Under the pieces are notes generated by a model, which saw nothing but the letters and a program-made list of their open reading frames with translations, did no database searches and was not told the DNA's origin. The translations under genes were made by a program, and so were the position numbers. From a cyanobacterium endosymbiont of Braarudosphaera bigelowii (GTDB lineage: Bacteria; Cyanobacteriota; Cyanobacteriia; Cyanobacteriales; Microcystaceae), in the NCBI RefSeq assembly GCF_020885515.1, contig NZ_AP024987.1:120001-152000 (forward strand): 32,000 nt of DNA. Direction: 5' to 3'. Below are positions 1-10,101 of the stretch, piece after piece; the first letter of the stretch is position 1; every line of letters starts with the position of its first letter.

Positions 1-104
1 TAAAATATTTATTTCTGATATGAAAATATAACCTTATTTATGAATTGCTAAAATTTTGTTTATTAGTTAATTTTGGAAAATTGCTCTTGCTCAAAATAAA
101 GTGT

Positions 105-250
105 TAAGATAATCCATGATAATCGAGGGTGAGGATCGGTAGTCAAGTTTGTTGTCAGTATCGGGTAGATGCTTGTCCGAAGTTAATATTGGCCAACTGC
201 TCTCCGAAGTTTTGTCTCTCTACAATTCTAAGATTAAGGAGAACATCCCC
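105..250 (+). promoter_or_regulatory. Promoter and ~130-nt 5' leader of RRM gene rbp copy 1
   Basis: gtgTTAAGAT -10-like box at 101-110, then CGGTAGT (137-143), TTTGTTgTCAG..CGGGTA, CTCTCCGA and TCTCTACA blocks found in the same order upstream of the second rbp gene; purine-rich AGGAGA before ATG 251. Confidence 0.7.
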
Positions 251-496
251 ATGTCAATTTATGTTGGCAATCTTTCCTTCAAGGCAACAGAAGCAGATGT
301 TACTAATGTCTTTAAAGAATATGGTGAAGTTAAAAAAGTCTATCTTCCTTCTGATCGAGAGACTGGAAAAATGCGAGGTTTCGGTTTTGTAGATATGGAG
401 ACAGAAAACCAAGAAGCTACTGCGATTGATGAGCTGAACGGAACAGAATGGATGGGGAGAATATTAAAAGTTAATAAAGCAAAACCCCGTGAATAG
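251..496 (+). CDS. RRM-type RNA-binding protein (cyanobacterial Rbp family), without Gly-rich tail
   Basis: MSIYVGNLSFKATEADVTNVFKEYGEVKKVYLPSDRETGKMRGFGFVDMETE: RNP2 (IYVGNL) and RNP1 (RGFGFVDM) motifs. ORF track start (149) lies in the leader; ATG 251 follows AGGAGA and matches the second copy. Confidence 0.93.
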   Translation: MSIYVGNLSFKATEADVTNVFKEYGEVKKVYLPSDRETGKMRGFGFVDMETENQEATAIDELNGTEWMGRILKVNKAKPRE

Positions 497-614
497 ACTT
501 CTAGATATTAATTCAACAAAATCAATTAAAATTGTAGACTCTAACTGACTACCCTAGAAACTTTTTGTTTATTTCTATTGGAAAACTGTTTATTACTTAC
601 ATAGAGGATATATT

Positions 615-782
615 ATGGCTAAACGTCGAAACTTAAAAAAGGAAAAAGCTGAAAGAAATCAAGCATATGCTCGTCAATTCCGTCAGAAGACTTCTCGTTC
701 TTTTTCTAGAGGAAGATCTTATTCTAACAATCGTAGTGATCAAGAAGATACAAATGATGATGATACTAGCACTAATAACTAA
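615..782 (+). CDS. Small basic protein with acidic/polar tail (55 aa), conserved-hypothetical-like, downstream of rbp
   Basis: MAKRRNLKKEKAERNQAYARQFRQKTSRSFSRGRSYSNNRSDQEDTNDDDTSTNN, with AGAGGA upstream; not in the supplied track because it is short. Confidence 0.72.
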   Translation: MAKRRNLKKEKAERNQAYARQFRQKTSRSFSRGRSYSNNRSDQEDTNDDDTSTNN

Positions 783-807
783 AAATATTTGTTTTTGAGC
801 AATATAT

Positions 808-839
808 GGAAAGTGGGAATTTTAAGATTCCCTTTTCTA
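808..839. terminator. Bidirectional terminator-like hairpin between convergent genes
   Basis: GGGAAT (815-820) tttaag ATTCCC (827-832), extended imperfectly by A/T pairs; lies between the 615-782 ORF and murJ 3' ends. Confidence 0.6.
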
Positions 840-870
840 ATATCCAGTTTTTTAAAAAGTTCTATAATTG

Positions 871-2478
871 TTACTTTAATTTTCTCTTCAGCTGATTACT
901 TAATAGCTCAATTTCAGGTAATTGTAATTGCATAGATAAGATGAAAAATATTCCTAAAATGGAACTACTGGAAATAAATAATTGTAAACATTGTAATCCT
1001 AAATTATCGGCACTATATATGTGGTGCAATAAATAGTTTACTATCCAACCTACCAAAGCTGCTATGAAAGTTATTGCTACAAGGTTTAATATACCTATAA
1101 TCCATTTTTTCACTGGTAATTTATTTAGACGATTGTCTAGAATTACCAAAAATATAAATATAGAAATTAAATTAACTAGAATAGTGGCAAATACCAATCC
1201 AGGTGTACCGAAAGACTGATACAAGAGAAAATCTAATAAGCCATTCAAAAATATATTAAACAGACTAACGCGAAAAGGTGTTCCACCATCGCCTAATGCA
1301 TAGAACACTCTAACTAAGACATCTCTTACTAAGTAAAAAAACATTCCTGTTCCATAAGCAACTAGAACTGGAGCTACTATAATTGCATCATTTACCTCAA
1401 ACGCACCACGTTGATAAATTACACGAATAATATTAGGAGCAAGAGCAATAAAAACTGCTGTTAAAGGCAACATTGTTAAAGCACTTAAAAAAATACCTTG
1501 ACGAATCCTTAACTTTAGCTCGTTCCAATTTTCTGGTGTAGTTAATTGTGAAAAAATTGGCATAAATGGGACTAAAATCATATTAGAAATTATGCCTAAA
1601 GGAGTTAAAACGATAAAATTAGCATATCTCATTGCCGCTGCTGCATCAGGAATAAATGATGCAAAAAATAAGTCGGTATAAACATTAATATGTAACATAC
1701 CTGAAGCAAAGGTAGCTGGAACTAGTATTTTTGTTATATCTTTTAATCCAGGTATATTAAATTGAAAACGTAATCTCAGCCCACCCATCCCTTTTCTCCA
1801 TTGAGCTTGAAGCTGAGCTAACCACTGTAATAAACCACCAAGTAAAGTTCCTCCGGCTAAAACCATACCTCCTAAGTACCAATTTTCTTGTTCATTTATA
1901 TTTTGACCTGTATGCCAAATCAAAGCCCATACTCCAAAGGATATAACCACACTTGAAAACAAAGGACTAATACTAGGCAATAGATACTGATCCGCAGCGT
2001 TAAGAGTTCCAAATCCTATACCAATTAATCCTGATAATAATGCTAATGGCGCCATGATTTGCAATTGTTCAATAGCAATTAGCTTTACCTCTCCTTGAAG
2101 TCCAGGAGCTAAAATTGAAATAAATGTATCGGCAAATAAAATGAGAATAATAGTAATTACTAATAATAATATAGTTACTAGTGTGGTAACTGATTCAACT
2201 AAAGGTGCTATTTCAGTTTTTTTCCGTTTAGATAAAACACTTATAAGAGAACTGTGAAATGGTCCATTAATTCCTCCTAATAAAATTAGGAAAAAACCAG
2301 GAACAACATATGCATAAGAATAAGCATTGATAACTGGCCCCACACCAAATGCTGCTGCAATTGATTGTTCTCGAATTAATCCAAATAATTTACTTATTAA
2401 AGTTGCAAATGCTACGATTCCAGCTACATCAATTAAAGAACGAGATTTTTTTTTATTTAGCGACACAAAATTTCTCAC
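871..2478 (-). CDS. murJ: Lipid II flippase MurJ (MviN family)
   Basis: IREQSIAAAFGVGPVINAYSYAYVVPGFFLILLGGINGPFHSSLISVLSKRK: characteristic MurJ N-terminus, multi-pass membrane protein. Confidence 0.95.
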   Translation of the reverse strand: MRNFVSLNKKKSRSLIDVAGIVAFATLISKLFGLIREQSIAAAFGVGPVINAYSYAYVVPGFFLILLGGINGPFHSSLISVLSKRKKTEIAPLVESVTTLVTILLLVITIILILFADTFISILAPGLQGEVKLIAIEQLQIMAPLALLSGLIGIGFGTLNAADQYLLPSISPLFSSVVISFGVWALIWHTGQNINEQENWYLGGMVLAGGTLLGGLLQWLAQLQAQWRKGMGGLRLRFQFNIPGLKDITKILVPATFASGMLHINVYTDLFFASFIPDAAAAMRYANFIVLTPLGIISNMILVPFMPIFSQLTTPENWNELKLRIRQGIFLSALTMLPLTAVFIALAPNIIRVIYQRGAFEVNDAIIVAPVLVAYGTGMFFYLVRDVLVRVFYALGDGGTPFRVSLFNIFLNGLLDFLLYQSFGTPGLVFATILVNLISIFIFLVILDNRLNKLPVKKWIIGILNLVAITFIAALVGWIVNYLLHHIYSADNLGLQCLQLFISSSSILGIFFILSMQLQLPEIELLSNQLKRKLK

Positions 2479-2560
2479 GAAAAGCTAGTCACTATTATTA
2501 AAGATTTTGCTGCAGTAGGCAAGATATCAGTATATTAAGGTTATGCCTTTTTTTAAAATT

Positions 2561-2586
2561 AATAAAGACTCTTAAGAGTCTTTATT
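2561..2586. terminator. 26-bp perfect palindrome, probable terminator or processing hairpin
   Basis: AATAAAGACTCTTAAGAGTCTTTATT, arms 2561-2573/2574-2586, in the spacer between murJ and the ABC binding-protein gene. Confidence 0.55.
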
Positions 2587-2774
2587 CTAAGCTATAAATA
2601 AGATATATTAAAGACAATAACTTTTTCACCTTGATCATACTAAAAGCTTATTTAATAAGCCAGACAACAATGCATTATCTAACTACTAATCTTTAAAGTT
2701 AAAATTTTGTAAAGAATAATATAAAGTAGCAATTTTATATTATTCTAACGTGAAATTGAATTTATATAGACGGT

Positions 2775-4094
2775 TTAATCATTATTAGATTTTTGTTTTC
2801 CCAAAAGATATCTGGTTTCAGCGGCGGCTTTCTCCATAGCCACTTCTGGCCGTAATTGATTAGTAATAGCTGCGCTTAAATAACGCTGTAAAATATCGGA
2901 GGCTTGTGCATACTGAGGTATTGGTGGACGTAAAATCGAGTTTTCTATTACATTCAATAACTGAGGATAATAAGAAAACTTAGTTAGTATATCAGAATCA
3001 TTAAACAAAGAACGACGACTGGGAACATATCCTGTTGCTAGAACAAATCTACGTTGCACTTCTTCACTGCTAAAAAATTTAATTACTTCCCAGGCTGCAT
3101 CAGGATGTTGACTGTTTTTTGTAATACCTAATCCCCAACCTCCTAAACAGGAACCACTAAAGTAATTATTAGCGTGAACCATGGGCTTAATCTTAAATTT
3201 TCCTTTAATGGGAGAGCTATGATCAGATAATAGTCCAAAGGCGTAAGGCCAATTACGCATAAAAACAGCATTTCCAGTTTGGAAAAGGCGCCGTACTTCC
3301 TCCTCGGCATAAGTAGTGACTCCCATAGGAGAGATTTTTTTATCTAGCGTACTGCGTAGAAAGTTAACTGCTTCAATAGCTGTTGTACTATCCAGGCCAA
3401 CTTCCAAAGTATAAGGATTTATCCAAAATGCACCATACCCACTTAAGACTTCCATAAACATCGCAGATAATCCTTCATATTGTTTACCAGTCCATAAGTA
3501 ACCCCATTCAGCTAACTTTTTTTCTTGTAAAATATGAGATATATTTATTAGCTCTGTAAAAGTATTTGGAGGTTGATATCCATTTTTTTCTAATAAGTCA
3601 CTACGATAATAAAGAATACCCCCATCAGAACGTATAGGGATACGATATAACTCACCCTGATACATTCCACCGTTAATATCCCCCTCTAAAAAAGCTGCTA
3701 AATCTACTTTTGATAGTCTGTCTGATAAACTTCTTAACCATCCTGCAGCAGCGAACTTAGATACCCAGACAATATCCATGAACACTAAATCATAAGGAGA
3801 GTTGCCTAATAAGAAAGAAGAAGTATATAAATCTTCAACTTGATTAGTAGCATTAGGACCCTCGATAACCTCTAATTCTATATCAGAATGTTGATCATTA
3901 AATTCTTTTACAAAAGGTTCCCATTGAGTCGCTTCTAACGCCTGCATCATTAATGTAATTTTTACAGGTTCAGCAGAAGAACTTTGTATGATAAATAAAC
4001 AAGTTAACAATAAACAAAAAATTACCAACACTAAGAAACGAGTAATAAAAAAAAAATTAATTGGTAACAATTTGATTAACTGATTAACTTTCAT
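2775..4094 (-). CDS. ABC transporter extracellular solute-binding protein, family 1 (sugar-type)
   Basis: N-terminal signal-like segment; ...VKITLMMQALEATQWEPFVKEFNDQHSDIELEVIEGP... and ...GGWGLGITKNSQHPDAAWEVIKFFSSEEVQRRFVLATGYVPSRRSLF typical of maltose/trehalose-type binding proteins. Confidence 0.9.
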   Translation of the reverse strand: MKVNQLIKLLPINFFFITRFLVLVIFCLLLTCLFIIQSSSAEPVKITLMMQALEATQWEPFVKEFNDQHSDIELEVIEGPNATNQVEDLYTSSFLLGNSPYDLVFMDIVWVSKFAAAGWLRSLSDRLSKVDLAAFLEGDINGGMYQGELYRIPIRSDGGILYYRSDLLEKNGYQPPNTFTELINISHILQEKKLAEWGYLWTGKQYEGLSAMFMEVLSGYGAFWINPYTLEVGLDSTTAIEAVNFLRSTLDKKISPMGVTTYAEEEVRRLFQTGNAVFMRNWPYAFGLLSDHSSPIKGKFKIKPMVHANNYFSGSCLGGWGLGITKNSQHPDAAWEVIKFFSSEEVQRRFVLATGYVPSRRSLFNDSDILTKFSYYPQLLNVIENSILRPPIPQYAQASDILQRYLSAAITNQLRPEVAMEKAAAETRYLLGKQKSNND

Positions 4095-4184
4095 AATAGT
4101 CTCTATAGATACATTTATGTTTTTATTTCTGAAGCAAAAAACAACTAGTAATAAAAATAGAAAGAGGTGAGTAATCTCATTGAT

Positions 4185-4430
4185 TTAATAACTTTCAGTT
4201 TTTTTTAGGATTTCTACTTCACTATTACAGACATGAACTTTAAACTTTTCACTAATTTTAACTAATAACGGTAAACTGGCACTAAGTGGTCTACCTTCCC
4301 AGTCACTAATGATATTAATAATTTCTCCTTCCATACCTTTTAAATCAAATGCTTGTTGCCTATGTTCCGGATGATGATAAACAATAACAGACTCTATAAT
4401 ACGAATGCGATCTCCAATCTTCATACTCAT
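4185..4430 (-). CDS. ftrV: Ferredoxin-thioredoxin reductase variable (alpha) subunit
   Basis: MKIGDRIRIIESVIVYHHPEHRQQAFDLKGMEGEIINIISDWEGRPLSASLPLLVKISEKFKVHV: FTR variable chain signature. Confidence 0.88.
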   Translation of the reverse strand: MSMKIGDRIRIIESVIVYHHPEHRQQAFDLKGMEGEIINIISDWEGRPLSASLPLLVKISEKFKVHVCNSEVEILKKTESY

Positions 4431-4500
4431 CAGTTATTAAAAGTTTTCTCAATAAAAAGTTAATAATCATACTATCTTTACATAAAGTGTCATCAGATCA

Positions 4501-4536
4501 TAATTATTTAAAAATTTTCTTATTTTTAAATAATTA
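4501..4536. repeat. AT-rich inverted repeat, 15-bp perfect arms
   Basis: TAATTATTTAAAAAT (4501-4515) tttctt ATTTTTAAATAATTA (4522-4536). Confidence 0.6.
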
Positions 4537-5145
4537 CTTAATTCTAAGAAGTTAAAGATATATTTTATAGTATGATCTAAGAAGATTATCAATCTTAACA
4601 GATAAGATTATCCTAAGCTTATATTAATAATTGATAGGTAGAATAATTTTTATTTTTATCTATTCATTATTTGATATCCAAAGTTTTATATCTACTATAC
4701 TATTAGATAATATTTATAGAAATAAGCATTTATGATTACTCTCTATAAATAGTCCTAAATTTTTTTTTAGAATGAATAATTACGTTATTTTATTTATTGA
4801 GTAGTAGGCCATTTAATATTAAAACAGTTATTTTAAAATATTTATTAAAAGTTTCCTATTGTAGATTGATCTGTTATCGTCTTAATATCTATATCAGATA
4901 ATTATTATGTAAGGCAAAGAGGAATTTAAAAAAAGTCATCATTATAATACAAGTTTTTTGTACTATATTTGATAACATTCTGTTTTCTATTTATAACTTC
5001 TAATTTAGAGTTTTTAAAACATATATATTTGTAAACCGTTAAAAATTATGAAATGGTTTATGAATATACTTAAATATACAAAATAAAGAAAAATACCATT
5101 TTTATTGGTAACCTATAAGCTATTATATCTAAATATAGTGATGTT

Positions 5146-5622
5146 ATGGAAGAATTTATAGAAGATCTATCTAAGAATAGTGAATATAAAACTCAATATA
5201 CTATTCAAGAAATACAAGAACTCCTCCCTCATCGATATCCTTTCTCCTTAGTTGATCGTATTATCGATTACATACCTGCTAAAAAAGCAGTCGGAATTAA
5301 AAATGTGACTATTAATGAACCTTTTTTTGCTGGTCATATTCCAAGTCTTCCAATTATGCCGGGAGTACTAATTTTAGAATCTATTGCTCAAGTTGGAGGG
5401 GTTATTCTAACTCTATTACCAGGAATGAAAGGAGTATTTTTTGCTTTTGCAGGTATTGATAAAGTTCGTTTCCGTCGTCCCGTAATTCCTGGAGATCAAT
5501 TAATAATTACAGTTGAGTTATTAACTTTAAAGAGAAACAGGATTGCAAAAATGAAGGGTGAAGGTACAGTAAATGGAGAATTAGCAGTTCAAGGAGAAAT
5601 GTTATTTTCTCGTATTGATTAA
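5146..5622 (+). CDS. fabZ: 3-hydroxyacyl-[acyl-carrier-protein] dehydratase FabZ
   Basis: [60 protein letters not shown]: catalytic His motif (HRYPFLLVD-like) and GHFP..P-like motif. Confidence 0.96.
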   Translation: MEEFIEDLSKNSEYKTQYTIQEIQELLPHRYPFSLVDRIIDYIPAKKAVGIKNVTINEPFFAGHIPSLPIMPGVLILESIAQVGGVILTLLPGMKGVFFAFAGIDKVRFRRPVIPGDQLIITVELLTLKRNRIAKMKGEGTVNGELAVQGEMLFSRID

Positions 5623-5888
5623 TAAAATTTTCCAAAAAAATATAATAATTTATGCTTAAGTAATAAGAATAATTTTAAATATAAAACTGTTTCAGAATTG
5701 TAAGTAAATTACTTATAATAAGATAACCTTATAAAAAATATGGTTATAAAATCAATATATTCAACGAAAAAAATTGATTTTAGAAACTTTATTTTGAAAA
5801 ATTTAGTAGTGAATAAAAGTATAAAAAGTTTCGAAGGAATCTTTTTATAAAAAAATAACTTTTATTGATAAATAATAACTATTTATTT

Positions 5889-5922
5889 AACAACTACTTA
5901 AGGAAATCCTAAAGTAGTTGTT
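5889..5922. terminator. Bidirectional terminator-like hairpin (16-bp arms, one mismatch)
   Basis: AACAACTACTTAAGGA (5889-5904) aa TCCTAAAGTAGTTGTT (5907-5922), between convergent fabZ and SemiSWEET-like gene; a second bulged hairpin TATTTTCC(c)TAAA...TTTAGGAAAATA is at about 5943-5972. Confidence 0.65.
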
Positions 5923-5982
5923 GGCCTTAAAAGTTAATGAAATATTTTCCCTAAATTATTTTTAGGAAAATAAATTTTTCAA

Positions 5983-6243
5983 TTACTTATATTTAAGTTT
6001 CATGACTAAAATAGGAAAAGCTAGAATAAATGTAGCAATATTAGTCATGATAATTGGGATATCTTTTTGCAAAATACCATAGGTAATCCAGAGGAGTAAT
6101 CCACAACAAAACAGTAGAAACATAGCTAAAGAAATATCTTTGGTTACGCGAGTTTTCCAGGTTTTTACCAATTGAGGATAAAAAGAAATAGTTGTTAACG
6201 AGCCCGCGCATATACCGATCCAAGTAAAAGCATCAGCGTCCAT
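5983..6243 (-). CDS. SemiSWEET/PQ-loop family transporter (MtN3/saliva-like, 86 aa)
   Basis: WIGICAGSLTTISFYPQLVKTWKTRVTKDISLAMFLLFCCGLLLWITYGILQKDIPIIMTN: three TM segments, PQ motif and W/N positions typical of SemiSWEET. Confidence 0.88.
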   Translation of the reverse strand: MDADAFTWIGICAGSLTTISFYPQLVKTWKTRVTKDISLAMFLLFCCGLLLWITYGILQKDIPIIMTNIATFILAFPILVMKLKYK

Positions 6244-6517
6244 AAGTCAAAATAGATGATTAATGAGTAGTTAAAATATGGTAATGACAATAGTTTATTA
6301 ATCGCCATTCTCCATAATTAATTTGTAAGATGAGCTTAAGGTAATGAATATCTAATAATTATACCCTAACTCCACAGTATATTCTACTAACTATAAATAA
6401 CCAAAATAGCTTATATCAAATACAGAAATAACTGTCTTAGAATAGCTTAGTTATATAGCTATATACTTCAGCTACAACCAAAGAAATAAGTTATTAAATT
6501 AACTATTAAATATAGTA

Positions 6518-6562
6518 TAATTCTGATTAGCTAAATAAATTATTTTTAATTAATCAGAATTA
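6518..6562. repeat. Inverted repeat with 12-bp perfect arms
   Basis: TAATTCTGATTA (6518-6529) and TAATCAGAATTA (6551-6562) in the gap downstream of hypE (minus-strand gene). Confidence 0.5.
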
Positions 6563-6753
6563 AGAGTATTCGCTATTTCAGGTAAGATGATTTTTATCTT
6601 CTAGAGCAAAAGAACTTTATAAGTGTAAAAAATTACTAATAAATAGTTTTAGAAAATTAATTTTCAATAAAAAAAACAGCTATATAAAGTGCTTTGAAAC
6701 ATTAAATCAAGAAGTTGATATTTTCTGTGAGATAAAGTTATTACAAGTAATTT

Positions 6754-7794
6754 TTAACAAATTCTTGGCAATTGTTCCCCACTTAACATATCAATGATCC
6801 TGGTTGTTCCTATTTCGTTTTTTAAAGTAACTAGACCTGTATTTCGTTCAGTAACCTCACCAATGACACAAGAACTATCAGAAAAAGATGTCATAATTTC
6901 TAACGCTTTATCTACAGAATCTTCAGGTATAAAAGCAACGAATCTACCTTCGTTGGCAATATATAAAGGATCAAAACCTAGAATTTCACAAGCCCCTTTT
7001 ACATCTTCCATTACAGGAATTGCCTTTTCTATAATATTTACTCTGATTTTTGCACTGTCAGCAATCTCATTTAAACTACTAGCTAAACCACCTCTTGTTA
7101 GATCCCTCAAACAATGAATCTTTACCCCTTGTTTTATCATTTCTAAAATAACTTGATGGAGTGGTTGACAATCACTTTTAATTGTTGTTTCTAATTCTAA
7201 TCCTTCCCTCATAGCCATCACAGAAATACCATGGCGACCTATATCTCCATTAATTAAGATTTTATCTCCTACTTGAACTGATTCAGGAATAATAAATTGA
7301 TCATGTTCTATAACTCCTATCCCTGAACTGTTAATAAAAATCCCATCTCCTTTCCCTTTATCTACAACCTTAGTATCTCCTGTAATAATTTTTATACCTG
7401 CTGTCTTTGCCGCTCTCTGTAATGATTGAATAATATCCCACAGGTCTTTCATTTCAAATCCCTCTTCTATAATAAAACCTAAGCTTATATAAAGAGGACG
7501 AGCTCCGCTCATGGCAAGATCATTTACAGTTCCGTTGATAGCTAAACTTCCAATATCTCCACCAGGAAAAAATAAAGGATGTATAACATAAGAATCAGTT
7601 GTAAATGCAATTTTATTCTTAGGAATATTAACTACGGAGGAATCATGAGGCGAAAATTCTTTATTCATCTGAAATGATGAAAATATCATTTTTTCAAGCA
7701 ATTGCTGCATAAGTTTCCCTCCTCCTCCATGAGCTAATAGAACTTGAGGATATTGTTTAAGAGGAATAGGACATACAGTTTGAAGATTAATCAT
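6754..7794 (-). CDS. hypE: Hydrogenase expression/formation protein HypE
   Basis: [17 protein letters not shown]..., [51 protein letters not shown]-terminal end with PRIC resembling the catalytic cysteine tail of HypE. Confidence 0.95.
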   Translation of the reverse strand: MINLQTVCPIPLKQYPQVLLAHGGGGKLMQQLLEKMIFSSFQMNKEFSPHDSSVVNIPKNKIAFTTDSYVIHPLFFPGGDIGSLAINGTVNDLAMSGARPLYISLGFIIEEGFEMKDLWDIIQSLQRAAKTAGIKIITGDTKVVDKGKGDGIFINSSGIGVIEHDQFIIPESVQVGDKILINGDIGRHGISVMAMREGLELETTIKSDCQPLHQVILEMIKQGVKIHCLRDLTRGGLASSLNEIADSAKIRVNIIEKAIPVMEDVKGACEILGFDPLYIANEGRFVAFIPEDSVDKALEIMTSFSDSSCVIGEVTERNTGLVTLKNEIGTTRIIDMLSGEQLPRIC

Positions 7795-8030
7795 ATACTT
7801 AAAAAATATTATTTCTTCTAATCCTAGAATAAATACTATGATAAATTTTGTATCTTTAATTTTTTTTAATTAAAGAATGCTATGCAAATACTCAAAGTTC
7901 TATATATTATTTTCTTGATTTCAGAAAAGACATTACATATTAAGATATTAAAATTAACTAATATTAATTTTATAAATACAACATAATATTTTGACCATTA
8001 AATAGTAGTACTTAACTTAGTAATCATGAA

Positions 8031-8684
8031 TTATCTTGATTCAAAGATAGCTTTTCCTAAGCGTATCATGGTTGTCTTTTTTCGTATTGCTAATAAATAA
8101 TCATTAGACATTCCCATGGATAACTCCTTTAAAAATAATGAAGATTTTTCCGTAATATCTTGAGCTAGATTCTGTACTTTCTGAAAAGCATACAAAGATT
8201 CACTGCTTGATAAATTGAGTGGTAAAATTGACATTAATCCATTAATTGTAAGGTTTTTACATTTTTCCAGTTCATCTAAATCTTTCCAAAGTTGTTCTGA
8301 CGACCATCCGTATTTATTAGGATCTGACATGATCTTCACTTGCAAACAAATATGAGGTGAAACAGAAATATCATCTATTATTTTATTTAAGTGCTGTGCC
8401 AATTTAAGACTATCAACAGAATGGATCCAACAAAAATTTTCTAAAACTTTCTTAGCTTTGTTTGTTTGCAGATGGCCGATAAAATGCCAAGATATATCAC
8501 TATATTCCTTAAGCTTTTCTTGCTTTTCTAGAGCTTCTTGAAGACGATTTTCAGCAAAATCACGAATTCCAGAATTATATGCTTCTTTAATTTTTTCTAC
8601 TGATTGTTGCTTACTAACAGCAATCAAACGAACTGAAGATGGCACTTGGGAGATAATTCTAGTAATATTTTCGCTAATTTTCAT
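8031..8684 (-). CDS. PLP homeostasis protein, YggS/PROSC (PipY) family
   Basis: VRLIAVSKQQSVEKIKEAYNSGIRDFAENRLQEALEKQEKL...WHFIGHLQTNKAKKVLENFCWIHSVDSLKLAQHLN...LSMGMSNDYLLAI....TMIRLGKAIF. Confidence 0.95.
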   Translation of the reverse strand: MKISENITRIISQVPSSVRLIAVSKQQSVEKIKEAYNSGIRDFAENRLQEALEKQEKLKEYSDISWHFIGHLQTNKAKKVLENFCWIHSVDSLKLAQHLNKIIDDISVSPHICLQVKIMSDPNKYGWSSEQLWKDLDELEKCKNLTINGLMSILPLNLSSSESLYAFQKVQNLAQDITEKSSLFLKELSMGMSNDYLLAIRKKTTMIRLGKAIFESR

Positions 8685-8903
8685 TGAAATTTAAAACAAG
8701 AACTTTTAGGTATATGATTAAAGACTACTATGATTTCTAATACGATTTCTATTGTAACTGATTAGTTAGGATAAAATATGATTATAAGTTATTACTTCTA
8801 CTAAGATGTTATTATTAGATCATAATTATGATTTTATTAGTTCTTTGTAATCAAGCATATTTAAATTTTAAAGCCGAAAATTTATTTAAAAGGATATAAA
8901 ATA

Positions 8904-9860
8904 ATGAAGGAAATAACTTATAGTCCTTCTTATACAATTGTTATAACTTATGAATGTTTTAATTATTGTACATATTGTAACTTTAGAGTCAATTCAAAAT
9001 TAGACAGTTGGTCAAGGATAAGAAAAATAAATTTTTTGTTGGAGAAAATACAAAACAAGTCTATCAGTGAAATTTTAATTCTTAGCGGGGAAATTCATCC
9101 TCAATCTCCAGTAAGAAAAATTTGGTTACAAGACATATATCATTTATGTCGACTTGCATTGTCTATGAATTTCTTACCTCACATAAATGTTGGACTTTTA
9201 ACTTATACAGAAATGAAAATTCTCAAAACAGTTAGTATCTCAATGGGGTTAATGATTGAGCAACTTACTCCTATATTATTGAATACTGTTCATTATAGTG
9301 CACCTAGTAAGATTCCATATTTAAGATTACAACACTTAAGTTGGGCAGGAAAGCTACAGGTTCCCTTTACAACAGGAGTGTTATTAGATATTGGAGAGAA
9401 AGAAGAGAACTCTTGGGATACTTTCAAAGAAATTGCCTTAATTCATCAAAAATGGAATCATATACAAGAAATTATATTGCAACCTTATAGTTCTAACATA
9501 AGACAAAAGTCAAATATATCAATTTCTAATCAGTACCAGTTAGTTAAATTAATTAGTAAAGCTAGAAATATTCTACCAGTTTCTATCAAATTGCAGCTTC
9601 CTCCTAATTTAATCCAAGATTCTAATTATTTATTGCGCTGTCTTAAAGCAGGTATTCAAGATTTTGGTGGAATCAGTCCTAAAGATGAAATAAATCCAAG
9701 TTACTTTCATCTTTCGAAAGAGAAACTATCCAAAATATTAAAATATGGGAAATGGAAGTTGAGAGTACGGCTACCTATCTATCCCAACTATGATAAATAT
9801 TTATCTCAATCCTTACAAACGGTTGTAAATTTTTGGCAAAGAAATAAAAGGCTCGATTAA
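8904..9860 (+). CDS. cofG: Radical SAM protein, probable FO synthase subunit 1 CofG (7,8-didemethyl-8-hydroxy-5-deazariboflavin synthase)
   Basis: CFNYCTYCNF = CxxxCxxC radical-SAM cluster motif; YLRLQHLSWAGKLQVPFTTGVLLDIGEKEENSWDTFKEIALIHQKWNHIQEIILQPY closely resembles the CofG segment. Confidence 0.8.
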   Translation: MKEITYSPSYTIVITYECFNYCTYCNFRVNSKLDSWSRIRKINFLLEKIQNKSISEILILSGEIHPQSPVRKIWLQDIYHLCRLALSMNFLPHINVGLLTYTEMKILKTVSISMGLMIEQLTPILLNTVHYSAPSKIPYLRLQHLSWAGKLQVPFTTGVLLDIGEKEENSWDTFKEIALIHQKWNHIQEIILQPYSSNIRQKSNISISNQYQLVKLISKARNILPVSIKLQLPPNLIQDSNYLLRCLKAGIQDFGGISPKDEINPSYFHLSKEKLSKILKYGKWKLRVRLPIYPNYDKYLSQSLQTVVNFWQRNKRLD

Positions 9861-10101
9861 AAAATCATTTCTCAATATCAATAAAATACTAGTCATAGTT
9901 TATATTTTATTCAAATATCTAGTCAAATGCATACCTGTTTAATAGAATAATCGGATAAAGTTTTTTATAAAATTATTTTAGGGAACTTTAGTCATAAATA
10001 TAGTGACTATTCTTCTATAACGTTTTTATGGATTGACAGCTTTCTGGCAATTTATAAAATTAGTTGTATTTATATGTAAGGGTAGCTTTAAGTTAGATAG
10101 T

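Noticed and set aside
129-392. ORF on + strand (87 aa) and the extended start of ORF 149..496
   Set aside because: Both overlap the conserved rbp leader; the RRM protein clearly begins at ATG 251 as in the paralogue.
6794-7117. + strand ORF opposite hypE
   Set aside because: Shadow ORF on the complement of a strongly supported HypE gene; no recognisable motif.
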